Assembly: GCA_022819505.1 (NCBI GenBank) | Contig: JAJEHD010000018.1 | Coordinates: 627,663 to 691,662, forward strand | Direction of reading: 5' to 3' | Length of the DNA stretch: 64,000 nt | Source: Acidimicrobiia bacterium | GTDB lineage: Bacteria; Actinomycetota; Acidimicrobiia; Acidimicrobiales; Aldehydirespiratoraceae | The notes under the pieces: generated by a model | Database searches by the model: none | What the model was told of the DNA's origin: nothing | Seen by the model: only the letters and a program-made list of their open reading frames with translations | Made by a program: the position numbers and the translations under genes | Part shown: one piece after another, positions 21,160-30,442 of the stretch | Layout of the letters: every line of letters begins with the position of its first letter | Numbering within the stretch: the stretch's first letter is position 1

Positions 21160-22102
21160 CCTGGATCCCTCCTGCCGGTTCGGCCGTCCGAGCAAGGAAT
21201 AGTCGCTCGGCATTGTGTCCGAGCACATTGGCTCGCTGCTCGTCGTTCAAGCCAAGTTCGTCCACGACGGCCAGGTGCCGCTGCACCGGCCACGGAATCG
21301 GCGGGCAGTCGGTGCCGAAGCAGATGTGCTCCGAGCCGACGGTCTCCAGGGCCATCCGCAGTGTCCGGCTCCCGAAGGTGACCGTGTCGAGGAAGAGCTT
21401 CTTGACGTGGCTCGACGGCGGCTCGGCCAGGTCCACCTCGCCCCATGGTCCCAGGGGGGCGTAGTTGCGCAGCTCGTGCCCGAAGTCGAGCCGATCGGCG
21501 ATGGTGGTGATGGCCCCGCCGGCGTGGGCGCAGAGCAGCCGGAGCTGCGGGAACTGCTCGTAGGTGCCGGTGAGGATGAAGCGGGCCAGCGTGACCGTCA
21601 TGTCCAGGGGGCGCCCGCACACCTCGCCCATGCGGTAGATGCCCATGAGGTCCTGGCCGACGGTCTGACCGCCGGGGTGCACGAAGATCGGTGCACCGAT
21701 GCTTGAGACGTAGTCCCAGAACCCGGCCGGGACACTGTCGAGATAGCAGTTCCGGTCGCTCGTGGGCAGAGCAAAGCCGGCCAGTCCGAGCTCTTCGGTG
21801 GCCCGCCGGGCCTCGTCGAGGTGCTCGGGGCCGCGCCAGGGGATCGCAGTGGCTAGACCGGCGAAGGTCCCCGGATGCTGGCGGGCCAGGTCTGCGACGA
21901 AGTCGTTGTAGGCGCGGACCTGCTCGATGTCGCCGGTGTCGAGGTCGCCGTACCAGATGTGAGGGTCGGAGACGATCGAGGTGGTGAGCCCGCCCTCCTC
22001 CATCCGTTCGAGCTGCCGGGGCACATCGAACAGATCGGGTGGCATGCGACCCTCCGGCTGCCATTGCGGAGGGAAGAGATGGACGTGACTGTCGACGATC
22101 AT
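21152..22102 (-). CDS. Amidohydrolase_2-family metal-dependent hydrolase/decarboxylase (ACMSD/IDCase-like)
   Basis: 316 aa. DSHVHLF (H-x-H), FVHPG, CAHAGG and FGTDCP are the metal-ligand pattern of the PF04909-type family. Confidence 0.8.
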   Translation of the reverse strand: MIVDSHVHLFPPQWQPEGRMPPDLFDVPRQLERMEEGGLTTSIVSDPHIWYGDLDTGDIEQVRAYNDFVADLARQHPGTFAGLATAIPWRGPEHLDEARRATEELGLAGFALPTSDRNCYLDSVPAGFWDYVSSIGAPIFVHPGGQTVGQDLMGIYRMGEVCGRPLDMTVTLARFILTGTYEQFPQLRLLCAHAGGAITTIADRLDFGHELRNYAPLGPWGEVDLAEPPSSHVKKLFLDTVTFGSRTLRMALETVGSEHICFGTDCPPIPWPVQRHLAVVDELGLNDEQRANVLGHNAERLFLARTAEPAGGIQDA

Positions 22103-22121
22103 GAGCTATGCCTCCCCTGGG

Positions 22122-24386
22122 TCATGCTCGCCTCGGGCGGTGCAGGGCGTGCCATAGGCGGGCCGAGCTCACCGAGCTGGTGAGCACCTCGGCCCCGTCA
22201 CCGACGGCGTCGGCTACGCCGTTGGCGACCGCGCCGAGTGAGCCGACCATCCCGGCTTCGCCGCCGCCCTTGATGCCGAGCGGGTTGGATCCGCTGCCGT
22301 GCTCGATGATGGTGACCTCCACGTCGGGCAGCTCGGCCGCGGTGGGCATCATGTAGTCGGCGAAGGTCACCGACAGCGGCTGGCCGTGCTCGTCATACGC
22401 GACCTCCTCGAACAGCGCTCCACCGATGCCCTGCGCGGCGGCGCCCGCCAGCTGGCCCCGGAGGAGCCGCGGGTTGACGGCTCGCCCCACGTCATGGGCC
22501 AGCGCGAACCGGTCCACCCGGGCCCTGCCGTCGGCCGGGTTCACCGACACCGAGCACACCGCCCCCCCGAAGGAGGCGGTCAGCCCCTCCTTCTCGAACC
22601 GGCCGCGGGTGGGACCGATGTCGCCGAGCCCAACCGATCGGTCGCCCGGCGCGGTCGCGGTGCCGTCGCGGAACTCGACGTCGCCGGGCCCGCATCCGAG
22701 GAGCGGCGCGGCCTTGGCTTTCATCTCGTCGACTGCAGCCGCGATGGCGTTCCCGGCCAGCACGGTGGAACGGCTGGCGAAGGACCCGAAGCCCTGCGGC
22801 ACCTCGGCAGTGTCATGGAACTCGACGGTCACGCCGCTGAGAGGCACGTCGAGAAGCTCGGCCGCGATCTGAGCCAGCGCCGTCTCGACGCCCTGGCCCA
22901 GCGATCCGACACCGGCCCGAACGACGACATTCCCCGCGCCACCGATCACCTCGACCTCTTCGAATGGTCCGACCGCGGCGAACTCGATGTAGGCCGCGAT
23001 GCCGACGCCGGCATGCTGTCCATCGGCTCGCGCCTGTCGCTGCTCGACCCGCATCCGGTCGTAGCCGGCCCCGTCGAGCATCTGATCGAAGGCCGTAACG
23101 AAGTCGCCGCCCTGGTACATGATCGGCATCACCGCCCCCGAACCGGGTCCCGGCATGAAGCTGAACGGCATCGACTCGGCCGGAATCAGGTTGCGGCGCC
23201 GCAGGTCGGCCGGCTCCATCTCCAGCTCGGCCGCGAGGATGTCGACCATGCGCTCGCGGACAAACGTGGCCTCGGTCATGCCCGGGCCGCGGTAGGTGCC
23301 GACCGGAGTGCGGTTCGTCAGCACCGCGTCTAGATCCATGCTGAACGCCGGCCACTCATACGGGCCGGGAAGGTGGACCATGGGGAGCACGACCGGCAGC
23401 AGGCCCTGGGTCCTGACGTAGGCGCCGTGATCGCACCATCCCCGTACCCGGAAACCCAGCATCCGGCCGTCGGCGCCGGCCGCCAGCTCGAAGTCGTGCT
23501 CCTGTTCCCGGGCATGGTTGGTGGCGACCATGTGCTCCCAGCGGTCCTCGATCCACTGGACGGGCCTCTCGAGGCGCCGGGCCAGCAGCGGGATGAGGAT
23601 GTCCTCGGGGTAGGGCTCGCCACGCGTCCCGAACCCGCCCCCCACTTCAACCTCGATGACGCGGACGTCGGTCAGCTCGAGCCCCAGCACGCGGCTCAGC
23701 AGGGCCCGGGTGAAGTGCTTGACCTTGGCGCCGCCCCACACCGTGAGCACCCCTGATCCGGGGTCGTAGTCAGCCGCCAGTCCGCGGGTCTCCATCGGCG
23801 CCGCGGCGAGGCGATGGACTCGCAACCGGCGGCGAACCACCACGTCGGCCCGCGCGAACGCCGCGTCGATGTCCCCGTAGCGGTAGGCGAGACGGCCGAT
23901 GGTGTTGCTTCCGAAGCTCTCGTGCACCAACGGCTGGGAGGACTCCGTCGAGTTGGCTGGATCGAGGACCGGCTCCAACTCGTCGAGATCGATGGAGACG
24001 AGTTCGGCCGCGTCCTCGGCCACATAGGGGTCATCGGCCACGACCACCGCGACCGGTTCGCCGACGTAGCGGACGACATCGGCGGCCAAGGGTGCCTGCA
24101 GCACCGCGTTGGCCTCGGGCGACTCGGCGAACGGGAGCCGGATCGGTATCCGGATGTCGTCGATGTCGTCGGCGGTGATGACCGCCACGACGCCACCGAC
24201 CCGGAGGGCCTCGGAAGTGTCGACGCCGAGCAGCCGGGCGTGGGCCGACGGGCTCCGCACCACCCGGGCGTACACCTGGCCCTCGAGCCGGATGTCGGCC
24301 ACGTAGGTTCCTTCGCCGGTGAGCAGCTCCCGGTTCTTGCGCCTGGGCGCGGGGCTGCCTATGAGTCCACCGCCGGGAGCGCTCAC
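22122..24386 (-). CDS. Xanthine-dehydrogenase-family molybdopterin-binding large subunit (L3)
   Basis: Frame of ORF 22122-24512. GTG 24386 overlaps the medium-subunit stop (GTGA). LLTGEGTYVADI, GTYRGPGM loop, GIKGGGEAG. Confidence 0.9.
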   Translation of the reverse strand: MSAPGGGLIGSPAPRRKNRELLTGEGTYVADIRLEGQVYARVVRSPSAHARLLGVDTSEALRVGGVVAVITADDIDDIRIPIRLPFAESPEANAVLQAPLAADVVRYVGEPVAVVVADDPYVAEDAAELVSIDLDELEPVLDPANSTESSQPLVHESFGSNTIGRLAYRYGDIDAAFARADVVVRRRLRVHRLAAAPMETRGLAADYDPGSGVLTVWGGAKVKHFTRALLSRVLGLELTDVRVIEVEVGGGFGTRGEPYPEDILIPLLARRLERPVQWIEDRWEHMVATNHAREQEHDFELAAGADGRMLGFRVRGWCDHGAYVRTQGLLPVVLPMVHLPGPYEWPAFSMDLDAVLTNRTPVGTYRGPGMTEATFVRERMVDILAAELEMEPADLRRRNLIPAESMPFSFMPGPGSGAVMPIMYQGGDFVTAFDQMLDGAGYDRMRVEQRQARADGQHAGVGIAAYIEFAAVGPFEEVEVIGGAGNVVVRAGVGSLGQGVETALAQIAAELLDVPLSGVTVEFHDTAEVPQGFGSFASRSTVLAGNAIAAAVDEMKAKAAPLLGCGPGDVEFRDGTATAPGDRSVGLGDIGPTRGRFEKEGLTASFGGAVCSVSVNPADGRARVDRFALAHDVGRAVNPRLLRGQLAGAAAQGIGGALFEEVAYDEHGQPLSVTFADYMMPTAAELPDVEVTIIEHGSGSNPLGIKGGGEAGMVGSLGAVANGVADAVGDGAEVLTSSVSSARLWHALHRPRRA

Positions 24387-25246
24387 GGGCCGGCTCCCAG
24401 TCTTCTCAAGGCGCGCTCGACCAGGTGCGATACGAGCGCTTTGCGATAGGTGCCGTCGGCGTGCCAGTCGCCGGCGTCCGGGTGGCAGGTCTCCGCGGCC
24501 AGCCGGGCGCACTCGACGATCGCGGTGTCGTCGAGGAACGAGCCCGACAGCGCCTGCTCGGCGTCACGGGCCCGTACCGGCGTCGGGCCGACGCTCCCGA
24601 GGGCGATCCTCACGTCGCGGGCCAATCCGTCGGTGGCCAGCCGGCACCCGGCGGCCACCGAGGCGTAGGCGAAGTCACCGACTCGGGGGCTGAACTCCTC
24701 GAACACCGACCGGAACCCCGTCCCCGGCGTAGGGAACCGGGCCTCGACCAGGACCTCGTCGGGATCGGCCGCTGTGGTCAGCGGGGCCAGGAAGAAGTCG
24801 CGGGCAGGCACCGTGCGGACACCCCGGAGGCTCCTGAGGACGATCTCCGCGTCGAATGCGGCGGCCACCACACCGAGTTCGCCGGCAGGGTCGGCATGGG
24901 ACAGGCTCCCGCCGAAGGTGCCTCTGACCCTTATCGGCAGGTGGCCAATGAGCGAGGCCGCCTCCCGGAGGGCTTGCCATCCGCCGCTGAGATCGGCCCG
25001 CTCGAGCGTCGCGTGCCGGACGAGCGCGCCGACGCACAGGCTGCCGTCCTGCTCTTCAAGGATGTCGAGCCCCTCAACCCCGCCGATGTCAATGAGGTGG
25101 CTGGGCCGGGCCAGCCTGAAGGCCAGCAACGGCAGCAGGCTCTGGCCGCCGGCCAGCAGCTTGGCGTCCTCTCCGGCCTCATCGAGAAGGGCGACGGCTT
25201 CGTCGAGCGTGCCAGCCGCCGCGTAGGCGAAAGGAGGAGGCTTCAC
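24383..25246 (-). CDS. Molybdenum-hydroxylase FAD-binding medium subunit (second set)
   Basis: Frame of ORF 24383-25423. GTG 25246 overlaps the small-subunit stop (GTGA). VKPPPFAYAAA...LLAGGQSLLPLLAFRLARP...RGTFGGSLSHADPAGE. Confidence 0.9.
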   Translation of the reverse strand: MKPPPFAYAAAGTLDEAVALLDEAGEDAKLLAGGQSLLPLLAFRLARPSHLIDIGGVEGLDILEEQDGSLCVGALVRHATLERADLSGGWQALREAASLIGHLPIRVRGTFGGSLSHADPAGELGVVAAAFDAEIVLRSLRGVRTVPARDFFLAPLTTAADPDEVLVEARFPTPGTGFRSVFEEFSPRVGDFAYASVAAGCRLATDGLARDVRIALGSVGPTPVRARDAEQALSGSFLDDTAIVECARLAAETCHPDAGDWHADGTYRKALVSHLVERALRRLGAGP

Positions 25247-25740
25247 GGGTCGTCCCGGTTCGCGGCCAGAGCGTTCAGAGCAGCTTGAAACACGGGCACC
25301 GCACCGGTGCAGCGGCACAGATTCGAGGAGACCACCTCCAGGATCCGGTCCCGTCCCGCCTCCGGTTCGGAGCGCAGCAGGCCCTCGATCAGCATGAGGA
25401 AACCGGGTGTGCAGAACCCACACTGCAGGGCGTCGTTGTCGTCGAAGGCCTGCTGCAGGGTGCTGAGTTCGTCGCCGTCAGTGAGGCTCTCGACCGTCTC
25501 TATGGTGTGGCCCTGCCCCTGGACGGCCAGCATCAGGCACGAGCGGACGGCGGCGCCGTCCAGCAGGATCGTGCAGGATCCGCACACGCCGTGCTCGCAG
25601 CCGAGGCGCACGCTGGTGAAGCCGGCGTCGCGCAGAGCGTCGGCCAGGGTCCGCCTGGGCGGGACGCGAACCTTCCGTGGCGCGCCGTTCACGGTCAGGG
25701 TGACGGCAACCGAATCATGGGGGTCGAGCCATCCAGCCAT
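25243..25740 (-). CDS. Molybdenum-hydroxylase [2Fe-2S] small subunit (second set)
   Basis: 165 aa. CEHGVCGSCTI and ALQCGFCTPG...CRCTG. Confidence 0.9.
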   Translation of the reverse strand: MAGWLDPHDSVAVTLTVNGAPRKVRVPPRRTLADALRDAGFTSVRLGCEHGVCGSCTILLDGAAVRSCLMLAVQGQGHTIETVESLTDGDELSTLQQAFDDNDALQCGFCTPGFLMLIEGLLRSEPEAGRDRILEVVSSNLCRCTGAVPVFQAALNALAANRDDP

Positions 25741-25747
25741 CAGGCGG

Positions 25748-26755
25748 TCACGCCGAGACGGCAGCGCGGTCCGCGAGGTCTCGCAGGAGCTTCCGGTAGG
25801 CGATCGATCCGGAGTCGGCCAGCTTGAGGTGCAGCTCCTCGCGGGGGTCGAGGGGCAGCTCGGCCGGGTCCTGAGCCTCGACCACGATGCGGTCCTGCTC
25901 CATCACATCGTGGAAGCCGGCCCCGAAGTCGGCGTCGGAAGTGTCGAAGGAGTGGTTGCGCGACAGCCATGAGAAGATGCGGGTCTCGGCCCGGTCGGTG
26001 GGTGAGGCGATGAACGTGATGGTGGTGATGTCGCCGGCCTTCGACTCGCCCTGCTCGGACCAGGTCACGCCGCCGCTTACGGCCACGACCGACTTGCGGT
26101 CGTGCAGGGTGAAGGGCAGGTGCAGCGTGTAGTCCCGCAGCAGCACGCTGTCGTCATAGGCGTACCTCATACCGTCGTCGGTGACCGTGACCTCGAAGGG
26201 CTTGATGAACGCTCCGTCGGCCAGTTCGGTGAAGCCCTCGTGCACGAAGTTGAAGTGGGCGAAGTCGATGGCGTTCTCCAGCATCCGCCCCGCGGACGAC
26301 TGCCAGCGCCAGGTGCCTACCAGGAACACATGCCAGTCGTCGCTGTTCCAGTCGTCGTCGGGCCACGGGGGCAGATCGGCCACCGGTTCGTCGGGCGCGA
26401 CCCACACCGCACCGTGGTCCTCGCGTACGTGGTAGCGATGGACGCGGGCCTGGCTCGGGATGGCGCCGCCGGCTCCCAGTGCGGGGATGAACGCCACCTT
26501 GCCGGTGCGGTCGTACTGCCAGCCGTGGTAGGGGCACATCAGGCGCCCGTCGCGGATGCAACCCCCCGACAGCGCCACGCCCCGGTGCACGCACTTGTCC
26601 CGCAGCGCCACCAGTCCCTCGTCGTCGCGGTATAGCACGATGGCCTCGCCCAGCAGCCTCACCTGCATGGGCTCGGTTGTGACCTCTTCGGAGACCGCGA
26701 CCGGATGCCAGTAGTGCCTGAGCGCCTGTTCGAAGAGGTGTGCCTGGTCGAGCAT
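25748..26755 (-). CDS. Alpha-only Rieske non-heme-iron oxygenase (VanA/PobA/KshA-like monooxygenase or demethylase)
   Basis: Internal ATG 26755 of ORF 25748-27007 (MLDQAHLFEQALRHYWHPV). Rieske motif CVHRG...CPYHGW and Fe motif DFAHFNFVH. Confidence 0.85.
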   Translation of the reverse strand: MLDQAHLFEQALRHYWHPVAVSEEVTTEPMQVRLLGEAIVLYRDDEGLVALRDKCVHRGVALSGGCIRDGRLMCPYHGWQYDRTGKVAFIPALGAGGAIPSQARVHRYHVREDHGAVWVAPDEPVADLPPWPDDDWNSDDWHVFLVGTWRWQSSAGRMLENAIDFAHFNFVHEGFTELADGAFIKPFEVTVTDDGMRYAYDDSVLLRDYTLHLPFTLHDRKSVVAVSGGVTWSEQGESKAGDITTITFIASPTDRAETRIFSWLSRNHSFDTSDADFGAGFHDVMEQDRIVVEAQDPAELPLDPREELHLKLADSGSIAYRKLLRDLADRAAVSA

Positions 26756-26789
26756 CGGCTTTCCCCCGTCTGGGTGAGGTCTACATGAA

Positions 26790-27896
26790 TCAGGGCGCCT
26801 TGGACATGTCCACGATGGCGGCGACCATGCCACCGCCCGCGGGACCCTGCTGGAGGGCCGCCACCGAGCAGTACACGGCCGGATCCCCGATGGCGGCGGC
26901 CGCCACCGCACCGACCGCGCCCTTGGTGTGGTGGGTGTGGTGGATGTCGGAGTCGTTGATCGACACGAGCCGGCGACCCCGCAGCCGCCCCGACGGGTCG
27001 GTCTCACACTTGATGAAGCAGTTCACGACGGCATCCCCCAGGTCGCTGGGATGGGGTCGGTCGGGCAGGTCCAGCCCGGCCGAGCGGATGGCGTCGTAGA
27101 TCCCGTCGAAGTCGAGGGCGTCGCGCATGACCGAATGGCCGATGCGGAAGTCGCCGCCGGCGCCGGCCCTGTTGCCGACCACCACGATCTGGGCGGGGTC
27201 CTGCTCGACGCCCGACGAGCAGGACGCCACCGACGAGTACAGGTCGAGATCCGCGGCGATCTGCTCGGGGCGGGGAAGATCGAACTCGCCGACGGCATAC
27301 CCGATGCCGAGCGCGGCGGTGGCGTTGGACACCGCCATCGACTCCATAGTGTCGGTCATCACCACGTCCTTGCCCCGGCTGCGGGCGTCCTCGATGCGCT
27401 CCCGGGTCAGCAGCGGGGTCTTGGACTGCACGAAATGGACGTCGGCGGGGTCGGTGATGCCCGCGTCGGCCATCGCCACCCGCACGCCCTCGGCCACCTT
27501 CTCCACCATCGGCAGCCGGCCGATCTCCTCGGGCAGGATCGCCTCCGACATCGTCACGCCCACCGCCAGCCGCTTCTCGTCGCCGGCGCTGCCGTTACCC
27601 GGAACCCGGGCGAAGACATTCATGTGGGGCGCGATCACGCCGTCGGTGCCGCCGGACCACACGATGGGCATGCGGTCGATCTCCGACGGTGACCGGGTTC
27701 CGTGCGTGTTCAGGAAGTCACGGAAGACGCGGTCGGCCAGGATGCGGGAGAAGTCGTTGACCCCGCCGTTGCCCTCGGTCTTGCCGATCACGCCGATGAT
27801 CTGATCGGCGGTGAACGAGCCGGCCTCGATCTCGGCCAGCAGCCCGCCCATGTCGCTGACGAACTCGAAGGGGATCTTGCGTACAACGATGGGCAT
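26790..27896 (-). CDS. Ring-opening amidohydrolase of the cyanuric acid hydrolase (AtzD/TrzD) / barbiturase family
   Basis: 368 aa. Recalled family blocks are all present and in order: GKTEGNGGVND, VWSGGTDGVIAPH, HFVQSKTPLLT, SMAVSNATAALG, CFIKCETDPSG, NDSDIHHTHHTKGA, QQGPAGGG. Confidence 0.85.
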   Translation of the reverse strand: MPIVVRKIPFEFVSDMGGLLAEIEAGSFTADQIIGVIGKTEGNGGVNDFSRILADRVFRDFLNTHGTRSPSEIDRMPIVWSGGTDGVIAPHMNVFARVPGNGSAGDEKRLAVGVTMSEAILPEEIGRLPMVEKVAEGVRVAMADAGITDPADVHFVQSKTPLLTRERIEDARSRGKDVVMTDTMESMAVSNATAALGIGYAVGEFDLPRPEQIAADLDLYSSVASCSSGVEQDPAQIVVVGNRAGAGGDFRIGHSVMRDALDFDGIYDAIRSAGLDLPDRPHPSDLGDAVVNCFIKCETDPSGRLRGRRLVSINDSDIHHTHHTKGAVGAVAAAAIGDPAVYCSVAALQQGPAGGGMVAAIVDMSKAP

Positions 27897-28634
27897 CTAG
27901 CCGTCTCCTGTGTTGTGGTCGACTCCGAAGAAGAGCGACTGCAGCGCCGCGTCCTGCAGGACCTCCTGGCTCGACAGGGGCTCGCCCAGCACGCCGGCCT
28001 GCATCACGTAGACCCGATCGCAGTGGGGCAGGCAGACGAGCGGGCTCTCCTCGATCACCCACATGAGGGTCGTGCCCGAGTCACGGATACGCAGGATGTC
28101 GTCGATCCGCTCCCGCACGATGGAGGGAGCCAGTCCTGTGGTGGGCTCGTCCAGGGCCAGGAAGCGGGGGCCGGTGATCATGGCGCTGGCCAGTGCCAGC
28201 ATCTGGCGCTCGCCGCCCGACAGCGTGCTGGCGTTCTGTCCCATCCGGTCGCGCAGGGCGGGGTACGACTCGGCTACCTCGCCGACGCGCCGGCGGATCT
28301 CGACCGGGCTGGATCCCCGCAGCGCCACCGACAGGTTGTCGCGCACGCTCAAGTCGGGGAAGGTGTTGTTCTCCTGGGGCACGTAGCCCATGCCAAGCTC
28401 GGCCAGGCTGTGCGCGGGGTGGCGCCGGAGGTCGGCGCCCTCGAAACTGACGGTCCCGCCCGCGGTCGGCAGCAGGCGGAAGATCGTCTTCAGCAGCGTC
28501 GACTTGCCGGCACCGTTGGGCCCGACCACGGCGACGATCTCCCCGGCGGTCACCTCGAGGTCGACGCCGTGCAGCACCGGGAATCCGCCGTAGCCGGCCT
28601 CTAGAGCCTCGACGCGTAGGACAGCCTCGCTCAT
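27897..28634 (-). CDS. ABC transporter ATP-binding protein, LivF-like
   Basis: 245 aa. Walker A GPNGAGKST, signature LSGGERQ, Walker B FLALDEP. Confidence 0.9.
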   Translation of the reverse strand: MSEAVLRVEALEAGYGGFPVLHGVDLEVTAGEIVAVVGPNGAGKSTLLKTIFRLLPTAGGTVSFEGADLRRHPAHSLAELGMGYVPQENNTFPDLSVRDNLSVALRGSSPVEIRRRVGEVAESYPALRDRMGQNASTLSGGERQMLALASAMITGPRFLALDEPTTGLAPSIVRERIDDILRIRDSGTTLMWVIEESPLVCLPHCDRVYVMQAGVLGEPLSSQEVLQDAALQSLFFGVDHNTGDG

Positions 28635-29410
28635 GGGCTCCCGTCCTCTCCGCCGTCCTCGCCGAGGTACACCCGCATGACGTCGGGGTCGGCGGCGATC
28701 TCGGCGGGAGGCCCCGAGGCCAGCAGCGCGCCCCGATCGAGCACGTGCACCTCGTCGGCGATCTGCATGAGGAACGAGAGGTTGTGGTCGATGATCAGGC
28801 TGCCCAGCCCCCGCTCGTCGCAGAGGCGCCGCACGAGCTGCGACAGCCGTCCGATGTTGGCCGGAGCGACCGCGGCGGCCGGCTCGTCGAGCAGCAGCAT
28901 CTTGGGCTCGGCCATCAATGAGCGGGCGAACTCGAGAAGCTTGCGGTCACCGGCTGACAGCTCGTCGGTACGGACATCGAGCAGATCGGCCATGCCCAAC
29001 TCTGCGGTGATCTCCTCGGCACGGGCCCCGGACGCCCGCTCATGGTCCCGGGCTCTGCGGCTGAGTCCGAGAGCCCCGACCGGGGTCTCGACGAAGTGGG
29101 GGGTGGCCGCGGCGAGCATGCTCTCGCGCACGGTGAGAGTGGTGAACCCGACCGGGGTCTGGAAGGTCCTGATGAGCCCGAGCTCGGCCACCCGCCACGG
29201 CGGCAGCCCGTCGATGCGCTGATCGCCGAAGCTGATCGAGCCCCGATCCGGGGGGTCGAATCCGGTGATGGCGTTGAACAGGGTGGTCTTTCCGGCGCCG
29301 TTGGGCCCGATCAGCGCGGTGACCCTGTCCTGGGGCATCACCGCCGACACGTCGTCGACTGCGACCACGCCACCGAAGGTCTTGCGGACGGCGTCGAGCA
29401 CGAGGTCCAT
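28631..29410 (-). CDS. ABC transporter ATP-binding protein, LivG-like
   Basis: Internal ATG 29410 of ORF 28631-30313 (MDLVLDAVRKTFGG). GPNGAGKTT, LSAGDRK, LLLDEP. ATGA overlap with the downstream LivF-like start. Confidence 0.9.
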   Translation of the reverse strand: MDLVLDAVRKTFGGVVAVDDVSAVMPQDRVTALIGPNGAGKTTLFNAITGFDPPDRGSISFGDQRIDGLPPWRVAELGLIRTFQTPVGFTTLTVRESMLAAATPHFVETPVGALGLSRRARDHERASGARAEEITAELGMADLLDVRTDELSAGDRKLLEFARSLMAEPKMLLLDEPAAAVAPANIGRLSQLVRRLCDERGLGSLIIDHNLSFLMQIADEVHVLDRGALLASGPPAEIAADPDVMRVYLGEDGGEDGSP

Positions 29411-29418
29411 GCCTGCCC

Positions 29419-30411
29419 CTATCCGCCCGAGCCTTGTGCGGCTCCGGCTGGGCGCGAGTCTCCTGCGGACCGTCCGGCCGGGCGGTTGCCCGCCCCGAAG
29501 GCGCTCCGCTCCGAGAACAGTCCGTCCGGGCGGAAGCGCAGCACCAGCACCAGCAGCAGGCCCACCAGGAACGGCTCGATGGCGACCAGGATGTTGATAT
29601 GGGAGGGATCGACCTCGATGAGGCCCACCGCCTCGGTGAACACGATCAGGACGAAGGCTCCGGCGAGGCCTCCCCGGATGCTGCCCAGGCCCCCGATGAC
29701 CAGGGCGGTCCACACCGTGAACGTGATGCCCGGCGCGAACAGCTGCGGTGAGACGGCCCGGATGTAGAAGAGGTACACGGGGGCGGTGGCCCCGATGAGG
29801 ACTCCGGCCAGTATGAAGGTCTTGATCCTCATCCGGTTGACCCGCTTGCCCAGCGCGAGGGCGACCGCCTCGTTGTCGCGGGCGGCCCGGAGCGTCCGAC
29901 CGAACGGTGAGATCCCGATCTGGCGGGTGACGACATACATGACGGCCGCGGCCGCCACCGCGATGCCGAGCAGGACGTAGTTGTAGTCGCGGCCGGTGAC
30001 GAAGCTGTCGAAGGGGCGGTTGATGTTGGGCACCCCCAGTGTGCCCCGCGTCAGGTCGGCCTGGATGATCACCAACTGGCGGATGATCTCCGCGAAGGCC
30101 AGCGTGGTGATGAGGAAGTACTCGCGCCTCAATCGCAGCGCGGGCGCGCCAATGGCGAAGGCCACCAGACCGGTGAACAGCGCCGACAGCGGCCAGGCCA
30201 CCCACATCGAAAGCCCGGGCGCGAACCGCATGTCGAGATCCGGGTCGCCCGCGGTGAGGATGACGTAGCAGTAGCTGCCCGATGCCAGCAGCCCCGCGAT
30301 GCCCAGGTCCCACATCCCGCCCCAGCCGGACTCGACGTTGAGCGCCATGGCCAGGCTGGCGTAGATCGCGGCCAGCGTCAGCACGCCCACCCAGAAGATG
30401 GGATTGGTCAC
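29419..30411 (-). CDS. Branched-chain-amino-acid-type ABC permease, LivM-like
   Basis: 330 aa, multi-span hydrophobic. Positioned between the LivH-like and LivG-like genes. Confidence 0.85.
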   Translation of the reverse strand: MTNPIFWVGVLTLAAIYASLAMALNVESGWGGMWDLGIAGLLASGSYCYVILTAGDPDLDMRFAPGLSMWVAWPLSALFTGLVAFAIGAPALRLRREYFLITTLAFAEIIRQLVIIQADLTRGTLGVPNINRPFDSFVTGRDYNYVLLGIAVAAAAVMYVVTRQIGISPFGRTLRAARDNEAVALALGKRVNRMRIKTFILAGVLIGATAPVYLFYIRAVSPQLFAPGITFTVWTALVIGGLGSIRGGLAGAFVLIVFTEAVGLIEVDPSHINILVAIEPFLVGLLLVLVLRFRPDGLFSERSAFGAGNRPAGRSAGDSRPAGAAQGSGG

Positions 30412-30442
30412 GGCGTTGCCGCCTTGGTCTCTACGGTGGTGA

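Noticed and set aside
26790-27896. Interpreting the AtzD-family gene as evidence for a canonical atrazine/s-triazine (atzDEF / trzD) pathway.
   Set aside because: No biuret hydrolase (isochorismatase-like), allophanate hydrolase or amidase-signature enzyme, urea carboxylase or triazine deaminase gene is in the window. The neighbours are oxygenases and a Mo-hydroxylase instead.
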